Shown here one piece after another: positions 1 to 9,082 of a DNA stretch of 64,000 nt. The stretch's first letter is position 1. Every line of letters starts with the position of its first letter. Origin of the DNA: Candidatus Zixiibacteriota bacterium (GTDB lineage: Bacteria > Zixibacteria > MSB-5A5 > UBA10806); contig JAHEDG010000007.1 of the NCBI GenBank assembly GCA_024641335.1, positions 18,061-82,060 of the forward strand, in the 5' to 3' direction. Position numbers and translations under genes: made by a program. The notes under the pieces were generated by a model that saw only the letters and a list, made by a program, of their open reading frames with translations, was not told the origin of the DNA and made no database searches.

Positions 1-2082
1 TTCTGGATTGAATGGCTGGCTTTAGGAGATACCGGTATGGCCGGAACCAAAGCGATCGATTCAGAGGAAAACCGGCAGCCGGCGGCCGATACCGAACACA
101 ACGATCTTCAGCCTGTCGACGAGCATGAACAGCCGATATTATCAGACACCGAATCGCTTGATATCGAACATGCCGGCGAGCTTTCGCCGATAGTAGAATC
201 CCCTTCCGATACCAATCAGCCCGCCTTCGCGGCCGAAACTTATGGGGAGCCAGAAACCGCTATCGCCGAATCTCACGCTATTGAAGAAACCGAGCATAGC
301 GAAACGGGTCATCATTTGAAATTCAAGGAACCTCGGCGTCACGGCCGGGAGGGAGCCTTTGTCGTCCCTATGGGGATCTATATCGATCCTTTGACAGCGG
401 TCATGCTTCTGGTGGTAACCATAGTCGCCTCACTTGTGCAGATATATTCTCTCGGCTACATGAAGGGCGATCCCAGATTCGCGCGTTACTACGCTTATCT
501 TTCGCTGTTCACCTTCTCTATGCTGGGATTGGTGCTGGCCGGAACTTATATCCTGATGTTCGTTTTCTGGGAGCTGGTCGGCCTGACCTCATACCTTCTG
601 ATCGGATTCTGGTTCGAAAAGAAAACCGCCGCCGACGCCGGTAAAAAGGCCTTTATCACCACCAAAATCGGAGATCTGGGATTTCTGCTCGGTCTGGTGA
701 TCCTGATCTTCGCTGTCGGTTCGGCCTCGCTGCCCGAACTCGATTATATGATCGCCAACGGGGAGATCGCCCAAAATATGATACCGCTTGTGGCCCTGGC
801 CGGTATTCTGATGTTTGCCGGGGCGGTCGGCAAATCGGCCCAGTTCCCTCTGCATGTCTGGCTGCCCGACGCTATGGAAGGCCCGACTCCGGTCTCGGCC
901 CTGATCCATGCCGCCACTATGGTGGCCGCCGGCGTATACCTCACCGCCCGCATGATGGGGATTATTATAGTCTCGGAAACCATGATGTATGTCGTCGCCT
1001 CTATAGGAGCCTTCACCGCTTTCCTGGCCGCCTCAATAGGGCTGGTGCAAAACGATATCAAGCGGGTCCTGGCGTATTCCACAGTTTCACAATTGGGATA
1101 TATGATCATGGCCCTGGGGCTGGCCGGATTCACCGCCGGCACGTTTCACCTGATGACTCACGCGTTTTTCAAAGCTCTTTTATTCCTCGGAGCAGGTTCG
1201 GTCATTCACGCGGTCCACACCAACGATATCCAGTTCATGGGCGGATTGAATAAAAAGATGAAAGTGACCTCGTTGACTTTCCTGATCGCCAGTCTGTCGA
1301 TCTCCGGCATATTCCCTCTTTCCGGTTTCTGGTCGAAGGACGAGATCTTCGCCACCGCCTACGCCGGGGGACATTACATATTTCTCCTGGTAGGGATAAT
1401 CGTGGCGGGGATGACAGCCTTCTATATGTTCAGACTTTATTTCATGACCTTTACCGGCAAACCAAGAGATCAGCACGCGTTCGACCACGCCCACGAATCC
1501 CCCAAAAGCATGACCATACCGTTGATGATCCTGGCCGTGCTCTCGATATGCGCCGGATGGGTCGGGATTCCCTGGCTGCGCAAAGGATACTCGTCATTCG
1601 TCTACTACGGCGCGGTTCACCATGTCGAACCCAGTTTCATTCTGATGTTGATTTCGCTGGCGGTGGCTCTCTCGGGGATCGGACTGGCTTATCTTATGTA
1701 TGTCAAAGGATCCATCTCGCCGGTCAATATGGCCAGACGGTTCCGACCGATTTACACGTTCCTCTATAACAAATGGTATTTTGACGAGCTCTACATGGCC
1801 GCCGTAGTCAACCCGACCTACCGGCTGGCGGAGTTTTTGTTCAGGTTCGATCAGGTTATTATCGACGGAATAGTCAACGGCGCCGGGCATGTGACCCTGG
1901 CCCTCTCATGGATACACGAGCGGTTCGATATTTATGTAGTCGACGGCGCGGTCAACGGAGCCGGTTATTTATCGATGTTTATCGGACGGCATATCAGGAA
2001 ACTGCAAACCGGACAATTACAGACCTACGCGCTGTGGGTGTTTTTCGGCGCCGTGGTCTTTATGTTTATAAAGCTAATTTGA
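1..2082 (+). CDS. nuoL: NADH-quinone oxidoreductase subunit L (5' end lies outside the window), with a ~105-aa acidic insertion
   Basis: Frame 1 is open from nt 1: FWIEWLALGDTG precedes the first Met at 37. NuoL/Nqo12 hallmarks are present (WELVGLTSYLLIGFW, GKSAQFPLHVWLPDAMEGPTPVSALIHAATMV, VLAYSTVSQLGYM, HAFFKALLFLGAGSVIH). nuoM and nuoN follow. Stop is TGA 2080-2082. Confidence 0.9.
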   Translation, partial: FWIEWLALGDTGMAGTKAIDSEENRQPAADTEHNDLQPVDEHEQPILSDTESLDIEHAGELSPIVESPSDTNQPAFAAETYGEPETAIAESHAIEETEHSETGHHLKFKEPRRHGREGAFVVPMGIYIDPLTAVMLLVVTIVASLVQIYSLGYMKGDPRFARYYAYLSLFTFSMLGLVLAGTYILMFVFWELVGLTSYLLIGFWFEKKTAADAGKKAFITTKIGDLGFLLGLVILIFAVGSASLPELDYMIANGEIAQNMIPLVALAGILMFAGAVGKSAQFPLHVWLPDAMEGPTPVSALIHAATMVAAGVYLTARMMGIIIVSETMMYVVASIGAFTAFLAASIGLVQNDIKRVLAYSTVSQLGYMIMALGLAGFTAGTFHLMTHAFFKALLFLGAGSVIHAVHTNDIQFMGGLNKKMKVTSLTFLIASLSISGIFPLSGFWSKDEIFATAYAGGHYIFLLVGIIVAGMTAFYMFRLYFMTFTGKPRDQHAFDHAHESPKSMTIPLMILAVLSICAGWVGIPWLRKGYSSFVYYGAVHHVEPSFILMLISLAVALSGIGLAYLMYVKGSISPVNMARRFRPIYTFLYNKWYFDELYMAAVVNPTYRLAEFLFRFDQVIIDGIVNGAGHVTLALSWIHERFDIYVVDGAVNGAGYLSMFIGRHIRKLQTGQLQTYALWVFFGAVVFMFIKLI

Positions 2083-2096
2083 TAAAGGAGGATTAG

Positions 2097-3626
2097 TTGG
2101 AACCCTTAACTTTCGATTTCCCGGTACTGACATATATGACTTTCATCCCCCTGATCGGGATTATCGCGGTTCTCCTGCTTAAAAAAGAATCGGTCGGAGC
2201 CATAAGATGGACCGCCGCCTTCTTCTCCTTTGTTCCCTTCCTGCTCTCCATCTATCTGGTCTGGCATTATTTTTCGGCTATGGGAACCGCGGAGTTGTTC
2301 AATCTCACGAGTTCCACCAGGGGATTCATTTTCGATTACCCCGAGCCGTTAAAATGGTTTCCGCAGGTCAATATCAATTACATTATGGGAGCCGACGGTC
2401 TCTCGGTACCGATGCTATTTCTGACCGGATTATTATCATTCATATCGATCATCGCCTCCTTCGGAATCAAAAACAGGGTTAAGGAGTATTTCGCCTGGTT
2501 CCTCCTGCTGGAGGTCGGCATGATGGGCGTTTTCTGCGCCCTCGATTTCTTCCTTTTCTATGTCTTCTGGGAGATCATGCTGGTCCCCATGTATTTCCTG
2601 ATCGGAGTATGGGGAGGGCCTCGACGGGAATACGCGGCCATCAAGTTCTTTTTATATACGCTCTTCGGCTCGGTATTCATGCTGATCGGAATTCTGGCTC
2701 TTTATTTCACAGTCGGTTCGCTCGATATGCTGGAGCTGATAAGACAGAATTCCATGTACTCCCATCTTTTCCAGATGTGGGTATTCGCCGCCTTCTTTAT
2801 AGGCTTCGCCATAAAGGTCCCGGTCTGGCCGTTCCATACCTGGCTGCCTGACGCTCACGTGGAGGCCCCGACGGCGGTCTCGGTGATCCTGGCCGGTATA
2901 TTGTTGAAAATGGGTACTTACGGAATCTTGAGAATATCCTATCCCATGTTCCCGCAGGCGGCCATCGCCTACGCCGTCCCGATCGCCATTCTCGGCCTGA
3001 TTGGGATTATCTACGGCGCCCTGGTCTCCATGGCCCAGAAGGATCTCAAAAAGCTGGTGGCATATTCATCGGTCTCGCATATGGGTTACTGCATGCTCGG
3101 CATGGCGGCCATCACTCCGCTGGGGATATCGGGATGTCTCTTCCAGATGTTCTCCCACGGTGTTATCACGGGCGCGCTCTTCCTTTTGGTCGGCGTGCTG
3201 TATGATCGGGCGCATACCAGGGAGATCGCCGCTTTCGGAGGGCTCGGAGCCAAACTGCCGATATTCACCGGGGTCTTCGTGCTTTTCGGCATGGCCTCTC
3301 TGGGACTTCCCTCGATGAGCGGCTTCGTATCAGAATTCATGATTTTCGTCGGCTCCTACAAATCGATCTATATCGATAAATGGATTGTCGTAGTAGCCGT
3401 GCTCGGTGTGGTGCTGACCGCCGCCTATATATTGAGAATGGTTCAGAAAATGTTCTTGGGGCAGTTTAATACCAAATGGGAAGGCTTGACAGAGATAAAC
3501 GGCCGGGAGCTGTTTACCATCATACCCCTGGCGATCCTGACCATTGTAGTGGGGGTTTATCCTCTGGCTCTGAATATATTCTTGAAAGATACGGTCGATA
3601 ACCTTGTAAAGCTGATAGTCGGATGA
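2097..3626 (+). CDS. nuoM: NADH-quinone oxidoreductase subunit M
   Basis: TTG start follows AAGGAGG (2084-2090). Motifs FYVFWEIMLVPMYFLIGVWGG, VWPFHTWLPDAHVEAPTAVSVILAG and LVAYSSVSHMGY are present. The gene sits between nuoL and nuoN. Confidence 0.93.
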   Translation: MEPLTFDFPVLTYMTFIPLIGIIAVLLLKKESVGAIRWTAAFFSFVPFLLSIYLVWHYFSAMGTAELFNLTSSTRGFIFDYPEPLKWFPQVNINYIMGADGLSVPMLFLTGLLSFISIIASFGIKNRVKEYFAWFLLLEVGMMGVFCALDFFLFYVFWEIMLVPMYFLIGVWGGPRREYAAIKFFLYTLFGSVFMLIGILALYFTVGSLDMLELIRQNSMYSHLFQMWVFAAFFIGFAIKVPVWPFHTWLPDAHVEAPTAVSVILAGILLKMGTYGILRISYPMFPQAAIAYAVPIAILGLIGIIYGALVSMAQKDLKKLVAYSSVSHMGYCMLGMAAITPLGISGCLFQMFSHGVITGALFLLVGVLYDRAHTREIAAFGGLGAKLPIFTGVFVLFGMASLGLPSMSGFVSEFMIFVGSYKSIYIDKWIVVVAVLGVVLTAAYILRMVQKMFLGQFNTKWEGLTEINGRELFTIIPLAILTIVVGVYPLALNIFLKDTVDNLVKLIVG

Positions 3627-5053
3627 TGAATATTCAATTAATAATACCGCAGATTTTCCTGACCGTCTGGGCCCTTCTGGTCCTGACATCGGATTTTTTC
3701 TTAAAACGCCGAAGCCGGATCGGTCTCGGCTATTTCAGCATCCTGGGACTGGCGCTGACCGCTGTTCTGACCATGCTCGTCTCCGACGGCGCCTGTTTTT
3801 TCGGAACTTATCTTTCCGATAGTTACGGCCGGCTCTTCAATATAATATTCATCCTGGCCGCCATGATGACTATTCTGGCCGCCATTGATTTCGCGGAAAT
3901 GAAATTAGCTCATAAAGGGGAATTCTACGGCCTGATTCTTCTCTCCACCGCCGGCATGATGTTTCTCTCAGGCGCCGCAGAGCTCTTAACCATGTATGTC
4001 TCGCTGGAGTTGGCGACTATTCCTCTTTATGTCCTGGCCGCCTACCTGAAAAAAGATCTGAAATCGTCAGAGGCCGGCCTGAAATACCTGATCATCGGCG
4101 GAGCTTCATCGGCCATTCTGCTGTTTGCCATCAGCCTGCTTTACGGCCTTTCCGGAACCACTGTTTTGGCGGATATCCGGGTCTGGAATCTTTCCGCTTA
4201 TAAGCTGAATCTCGGACTGGGCATGGCGCTGATCATGTTCATAGCCGGGTTCGGTTTCAAATTAGCCGCCGCGCCGTTTCATATGTGGGCTCCCGATGTC
4301 TATGAGGGAGCTCCGACGCCAATCACCGCATTCCTTTCTGTAGCCTCCAAAGCGGCCGGGCTGGTGGCTTTCGTCAGGATCTTCTTCAGCCCTCTGATCA
4401 TTGCCAAAACCGACTGGGTACTGATCCTCGAGATAGTGGCGGTGCTGGCCATGGTCATCGGCAATTTCGTAGCCCTGTATCAAACCAATATCAAAAGGAT
4501 GCTGGCTTATTCTTCTATCGCCCAGGTCGGCTACGTGTTGGTGGCGTTGGCCGCGGCCAACGGCTACTCGATTATCGGGATGATGATTTTCCTTTTAGCT
4601 TATCTTTTCGCCAATATCGGAGCCTTTATGGTGGCTATCGGGTTCTCCAACACCACCGGGTCGGACGAAATCGACGACTACGCCGGCCTGATCCGAAGAA
4701 ATCCTTTGGCGGCAATCATGATGACTATCTTCCTGCTCTCCCTGGTGGGATTGCCTCCGACGGCCGGATTCCTCGGAAAATACTGGTTATTCGCCGCCGC
4801 CGTCAAGGCCGGGATGTACTGGCTGGTGGTGGTGGCTGTTCTGACCTCGGTAGTATCCTTATTTTACTATATGAATGTCGTCCGCAAGATGATGTTCCAC
4901 TCCAATGACGACGAATCGAAAATCTATTTCGGCCCGGCCATCGGAATCGGGATATCGGTTTCGGGTCTTATGGTACTCTTGATCCTTATCCTGCAATCGT
5001 CATTCTACGGCTGGGCGTTGGACGCGGCCAAAGTCTTTTTCCCTCGGATGTGA
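3623..5053 (+). CDS. nuoN: NADH-quinone oxidoreductase subunit N
   Basis: ATGA overlap with the nuoM stop. Motifs APFHMWAPDVYEGAPTPITAF and MLAYSSIAQVGY are present. This is the last antiporter-like subunit of the nuo operon. Confidence 0.92.
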   Translation: MMNIQLIIPQIFLTVWALLVLTSDFFLKRRSRIGLGYFSILGLALTAVLTMLVSDGACFFGTYLSDSYGRLFNIIFILAAMMTILAAIDFAEMKLAHKGEFYGLILLSTAGMMFLSGAAELLTMYVSLELATIPLYVLAAYLKKDLKSSEAGLKYLIIGGASSAILLFAISLLYGLSGTTVLADIRVWNLSAYKLNLGLGMALIMFIAGFGFKLAAAPFHMWAPDVYEGAPTPITAFLSVASKAAGLVAFVRIFFSPLIIAKTDWVLILEIVAVLAMVIGNFVALYQTNIKRMLAYSSIAQVGYVLVALAAANGYSIIGMMIFLLAYLFANIGAFMVAIGFSNTTGSDEIDDYAGLIRRNPLAAIMMTIFLLSLVGLPPTAGFLGKYWLFAAAVKAGMYWLVVVAVLTSVVSLFYYMNVVRKMMFHSNDDESKIYFGPAIGIGISVSGLMVLLILILQSSFYGWALDAAKVFFPRM

Positions 5054-5206
5054 GCCGGACCGCGGTTCCGGTCGATAATTGACCATAATTTAAGTTATTA
5101 TCAACGGATTCCGGCCGAAAACAATAAAGAGATGACGGCCGGGGCGCAACGCCGTTACTCCAATTTAACTTGACAGGGATAAGATCTGACCGAATATTAG
5201 GAGCCG

Positions 5207-5878
5207 ATGAGCTTTAAAAGCGAACTAAAGAAGACAGTAAAAACCCGGTTCATATCCGGTATTTTAGTCATCGTCCCGCTTTTCGTGGCCATAGCCGTAT
5301 TGAAATTTATTATCGAGGCCATAGATAATTTCAGCAAGCCGTATCTTTTGAAAATCATAGGGCAGGAGTTGGGCTTTCCCTTTATGGGCCTGGCTGTAAC
5401 ATTGATGCTGATAATATTGGCGGGCATATTTACAACCAATATCTTCGGACAGAAAATCCTGAAATTATGGGAAAATATAATTTTGAGAATCCCGCTTTTT
5501 AACATACTATATTCGGCGTCGAAAAAACTGATAGAAGGATTCACCTTGCCGGAAAATAAAACATTCGAAAACGTGGTCATGGTGGAGTATCCCCGCAAAG
5601 GCTTGTATGCGCTGGGTTTTCTGGCCAATCGGATAAAAATAAAGATGCCCGATGAAGAGAGCGAATTCTGGAGCATTTTCATACCGTCGACCCCGACTCC
5701 CTTTTCAGGAGTGATCATTCTGGTCCCATCGGGACAGGCCTCCATACTCGATATGACGGTGGAAGAGGGTGTTTCGTTTTTCGTTTCCGGCAGCGTGGCC
5801 GCGCCGAAAAGCATGCGGACGGTTGACGGCACGGATTTCGGGGGAACCGCCGAATCGGTAACGGAGATGAAAACATGA
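5207..5878 (+). CDS. DUF502 family membrane protein
   Basis: Two N-terminal TM helices are followed by the conserved IPSTPTPFSGVIILVP and MTVEEGVSFFVSGS segments typical of DUF502. AGGAG lies just upstream of the ATG. The longer antisense ORF 5197-5994 has no recognisable features. Confidence 0.7.
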   Translation: MSFKSELKKTVKTRFISGILVIVPLFVAIAVLKFIIEAIDNFSKPYLLKIIGQELGFPFMGLAVTLMLIILAGIFTTNIFGQKILKLWENIILRIPLFNILYSASKKLIEGFTLPENKTFENVVMVEYPRKGLYALGFLANRIKIKMPDEESEFWSIFIPSTPTPFSGVIILVPSGQASILDMTVEEGVSFFVSGSVAAPKSMRTVDGTDFGGTAESVTEMKT

Positions 5879-5906
5879 AAACTATTTTCTCTTCCGGAGC
5901 GAGAAT

Positions 5907-6812
5907 ATGAACCTGGCGAGATTTTTCGATCCTGATCTGATCGATTTGAACCTCGAGGCCGGCACGAAATACGAAGCTGTCGAGCTTTTGACATCCCTTT
6001 TCTGCGGGAAATATCAGGAGAAAGATAAAAACGTTATTCTCAAGGCGGTCATGGACAGGGAGGAAATCGGATCGACCTCCTTCGGCCGCGGGTTCGCGTT
6101 TCCCCACGCCAGAACGGACGCGGTCAGCGATCTTTATATAGTCTTCGGTGTCTGCAAGGCAGGGATCAAATCGGAGGCTCCCGACGGGATTCCGCTAAAG
6201 GTCATTTGCCTTCTTTTGACACCGCGCAATATCTCCAGGCTATACCTGCAGACTCTTTCCGGCCTGGCCAATTTCGCTCGCCGCCCCGGTATTCTTGACG
6301 AAATTGCCGGCGTGAGTTCCACCGAAGAACTGCTGGCAATGATAGAGCGTACCAGTATCAGGGTGGAAAAAGCTTTGACTGTGGCCGATATCATGTCGGA
6401 GAAAACACCTATAGTCTCGCCCGACGATACTCTGAAGAAAGTAGCTAATCTCATGTTCAAGCATAAAATCGACGGTTTGCCGGTGGTTGACAAGAACGGC
6501 CGGGTAGTCGGCGAGATATCGGAAAAAGAGCTTTTGAAATTCGCCCTGCCCGACTACGAAAGTTTTATCGCCAACATGGCTAACCTGCCCGAACTGGAAC
6601 CGTTCGAAGATCTTCTGCGGCAGGAAGACAAAGTGCGGGTCAAGGATGTCATGGATAAGGAACCCGCCATTGTTTCCAGGGAATCCCAGGTAGTCGAGGC
6701 GGCAGCCCTGATGCTCTTCAAGGATGTCGACAGGGTAATGGTGGTTCATGACGGCAAACTGCTGGGCATGGTCTCCCGCTCGGATATTGTCTCCAAAATA
6801 ATTCGCGGATAA
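5907..6812 (+). CDS. PTS EIIA(Ntr)-type domain fused to a CBS-domain pair
   Basis: The N-terminal ~150 aa resemble PtsN/EIIA type 2, including GRGFAFPHART with His at the phosphorylation position. The C-terminal half has two CBS repeats (VADIMSEKTPIVSPDDTL..., VKDVMDKEPAIVSRESQV...). Confidence 0.7.
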   Translation: MNLARFFDPDLIDLNLEAGTKYEAVELLTSLFCGKYQEKDKNVILKAVMDREEIGSTSFGRGFAFPHARTDAVSDLYIVFGVCKAGIKSEAPDGIPLKVICLLLTPRNISRLYLQTLSGLANFARRPGILDEIAGVSSTEELLAMIERTSIRVEKALTVADIMSEKTPIVSPDDTLKKVANLMFKHKIDGLPVVDKNGRVVGEISEKELLKFALPDYESFIANMANLPELEPFEDLLRQEDKVRVKDVMDKEPAIVSRESQVVEAAALMLFKDVDRVMVVHDGKLLGMVSRSDIVSKIIRG

Positions 6813-6818
6813 CCCCGG

Positions 6819-8081
6819 ATGATAAAAAATTTAGAGGACATGACCGCCGCCACCGCTGTGGCGTCCGCCTGGCAGGCGGTCTGGACATTTCCATCGATGG
6901 TGCTTTCGGCCCTGGTTATCGCCTGGGGAGCCGAATCAGCGCAGTTTCTGGTATCCCAGGCTTTCGCGCTGACCATCCTGGCTCTAATCCAAACACTCCC
7001 GGAGTTTGCCGTGGAAGGAATCATAGCCTGGAACGCGGGCAAATTCCCCAGTATGACCAATATAGGTTTGATGACCGCCAATTTCACCGGCGCGCTCAGG
7101 CTTCTGGTCGGATTGGGCTGGCCGCTGATATTCATCACCACGGTAATTTTCAATTTGAAAAAATCAAAGAAATTCATGGTGGCCAGCATCAATCTGGATC
7201 ACGAACATGCCGTAGAATTGCTAGGTTTATTGGCCGGTTCGCTGTACGCCTTGATTATCGTGCTGAAAGGATCGCTCAATCTTCTGGACAGTCTTTTCCT
7301 TTTCATGCTCTACGCGGTCTATATCGCGGTGCTGTTGAGACTTCCGCCCAAAGACGAGGCCGAAATAAATGAATTGGAAATCGTGCCCCGCTATATTCTG
7401 ACCCGTAAAAAGGCCTGGAGAAATTTTCTGATCTGGGCCTGCTTTATCATCGGCGGCGGAGGCATAATTCTGGTGGCCGATCCGTTTTTGGAATCGGCCA
7501 TGGGATTATCATTTGTTCTGGGAGTGCCGGCGTTTATGCTGATCCAGTGGTTAGCTCCGTTCCTCTCGGAATTTCCGGAAAAGATCTCGGCATTCTACTG
7601 GGCCCGGAGCGTGGTCAAAGCCCCCATGGCCCTGATGAACATGGTTTCTTCCGGTATCGCCGAGCTGACTTTGCTTATCGCCATTATCCCGATAGTTTTT
7701 TGTATCGCGCTGGGTAAGATCCAGGGGATACCGTTCGACTGGATACATCGGGCCGAAATAATGCTCACCGCCATGCAGGGCATACTGGGTTTCGTAATTC
7801 TCTCCAAGATGAAGTTCCGCTGGTACGAAGCGGGAGGTTTGTTTCTGCTCTGGTCGAGCCAGATCTACTTTCAATACGATATCAGCAGAATCGTTCTGCC
7901 GTTCGCCGAACCGGTATATCATTCGATACTGTGGAATTACTTTCACGCCAAAATACTGGAGTTATATACCGCGGTTTACGTGATCTGGATAGTCCTGGAA
8001 TCAGGGATTATTCTAGCCCGGTACAGGAATCTCCCTCTTTTACGTTCCCTGAAAACGACCTGGGAACATCGTATTCGATAG
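6819..8081 (+). CDS. Polytopic membrane protein, CaCA (Na+/Ca2+ exchanger)-like; family assignment tentative
   Basis: About 10 hydrophobic helices. Two related segments carry acidic P-E motifs (IQTLPEFAVEG; LSEFPEKISA) reminiscent of CaCA alpha-repeats. Confidence 0.4.
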   Translation: MIKNLEDMTAATAVASAWQAVWTFPSMVLSALVIAWGAESAQFLVSQAFALTILALIQTLPEFAVEGIIAWNAGKFPSMTNIGLMTANFTGALRLLVGLGWPLIFITTVIFNLKKSKKFMVASINLDHEHAVELLGLLAGSLYALIIVLKGSLNLLDSLFLFMLYAVYIAVLLRLPPKDEAEINELEIVPRYILTRKKAWRNFLIWACFIIGGGGIILVADPFLESAMGLSFVLGVPAFMLIQWLAPFLSEFPEKISAFYWARSVVKAPMALMNMVSSGIAELTLLIAIIPIVFCIALGKIQGIPFDWIHRAEIMLTAMQGILGFVILSKMKFRWYEAGGLFLLWSSQIYFQYDISRIVLPFAEPVYHSILWNYFHAKILELYTAVYVIWIVLESGIILARYRNLPLLRSLKTTWEHRIR

Positions 8082-8223
8082 CCGAACGAACCTCGGCGGC
8101 GATTTTCGAGTATAACCGTTTGCTGATTACAAGGCGACGTCGATACCAGGAGATCGGTATCGGACGGTTTGACTTGACCTTTGGGGAAGTCCGATAGTAT
8201 GTTGGTTTTATCAGGAGGCATGT

Positions 8224-9069
8224 ATGAACGGTTTTAAGACCGGCGCGTTATTCGTAGTTCTGACCATGATCTTAATTATTATCGGTTATCTTCTGGGAGG
8301 CCGTTCCGGCGTGACATTCGCGTTTGCAATAGCGCTGGTTATGAACTTCGTGTCTTACTGGTTTTCGGATAAGATAGTGCTGGGCATATATCGGGCCAGG
8401 CAGATAAGCGAAAACGATAATCCGAGGCTTTTCAAGATAGTACGTTTATCATCGCAGATGGCCGGTCTGCCGATGCCCAAAGTTTATATAGTGCCATCAC
8501 CAACCCCCAACGCGTTCGCCACCGGACGGGATCCCCGGCATGCCGCCGTGGCGGCCACCGATGGGATACTGGAGCTTTTGAACGACGATGAATTGACCGG
8601 GGTAATGGCTCATGAGCTGGGACATGTGAAGAACCGGGACACTCTGATCGGCACGGCCGCGGCCACCATAGCGGGGGCGATATCTTATGTGGCGTTTATG
8701 GCCAGGTGGATGCCGTTTGTCGGGAGCGACGACGATGATTCGCGGGGCAACATATTCGTATTCCTGATAGTGGGCATATTGGCTCCTTTAGCGGCGGCTC
8801 TGGTGCAGATGGCCATATCCCGTCAGCGGGAATACCTGGCCGATAAATCGGCGGCGGAGATTTCGCATAAATCCCTGGCTTTGGCTTCGGCCTTAGAGAA
8901 ACTCTCCGAGAAAAATCGGCGGATCCCGCTGAAATCCAATCCGGCGACCGCTCATCTTTTCATAGTCAGCCCGTTGGGCAAAAAGAACCTGGCGGCATTA
9001 TTCTCCACTCATCCTCCTGTAGAGGAGCGGGTCAAACGTCTAAGACAATTCGCCCTGGAAGGATATTAG
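8224..9069 (+). CDS. htpX: Zinc metalloprotease HtpX (peptidase M48)
   Basis: HELGHVKNRD zinc motif, four TM helices, and a downstream REYLAD glutamate motif. The C-terminal STHPPVEERV is typical of HtpX. Confidence 0.9.
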   Translation: MNGFKTGALFVVLTMILIIIGYLLGGRSGVTFAFAIALVMNFVSYWFSDKIVLGIYRARQISENDNPRLFKIVRLSSQMAGLPMPKVYIVPSPTPNAFATGRDPRHAAVAATDGILELLNDDELTGVMAHELGHVKNRDTLIGTAAATIAGAISYVAFMARWMPFVGSDDDDSRGNIFVFLIVGILAPLAAALVQMAISRQREYLADKSAAEISHKSLALASALEKLSEKNRRIPLKSNPATAHLFIVSPLGKKNLAALFSTHPPVEERVKRLRQFALEGY

Positions 9070-9082
9070 ACCGGGTCATTCT

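Noticed and set aside
5197-5994. 265-aa minus-strand ORF, longer than the plus-strand ORF it overlaps.
   Set aside because: The plus-strand product carries recognisable DUF502 motifs and TM helices. The antisense translation is Ser/Pro/Arg-rich with no family resemblance.
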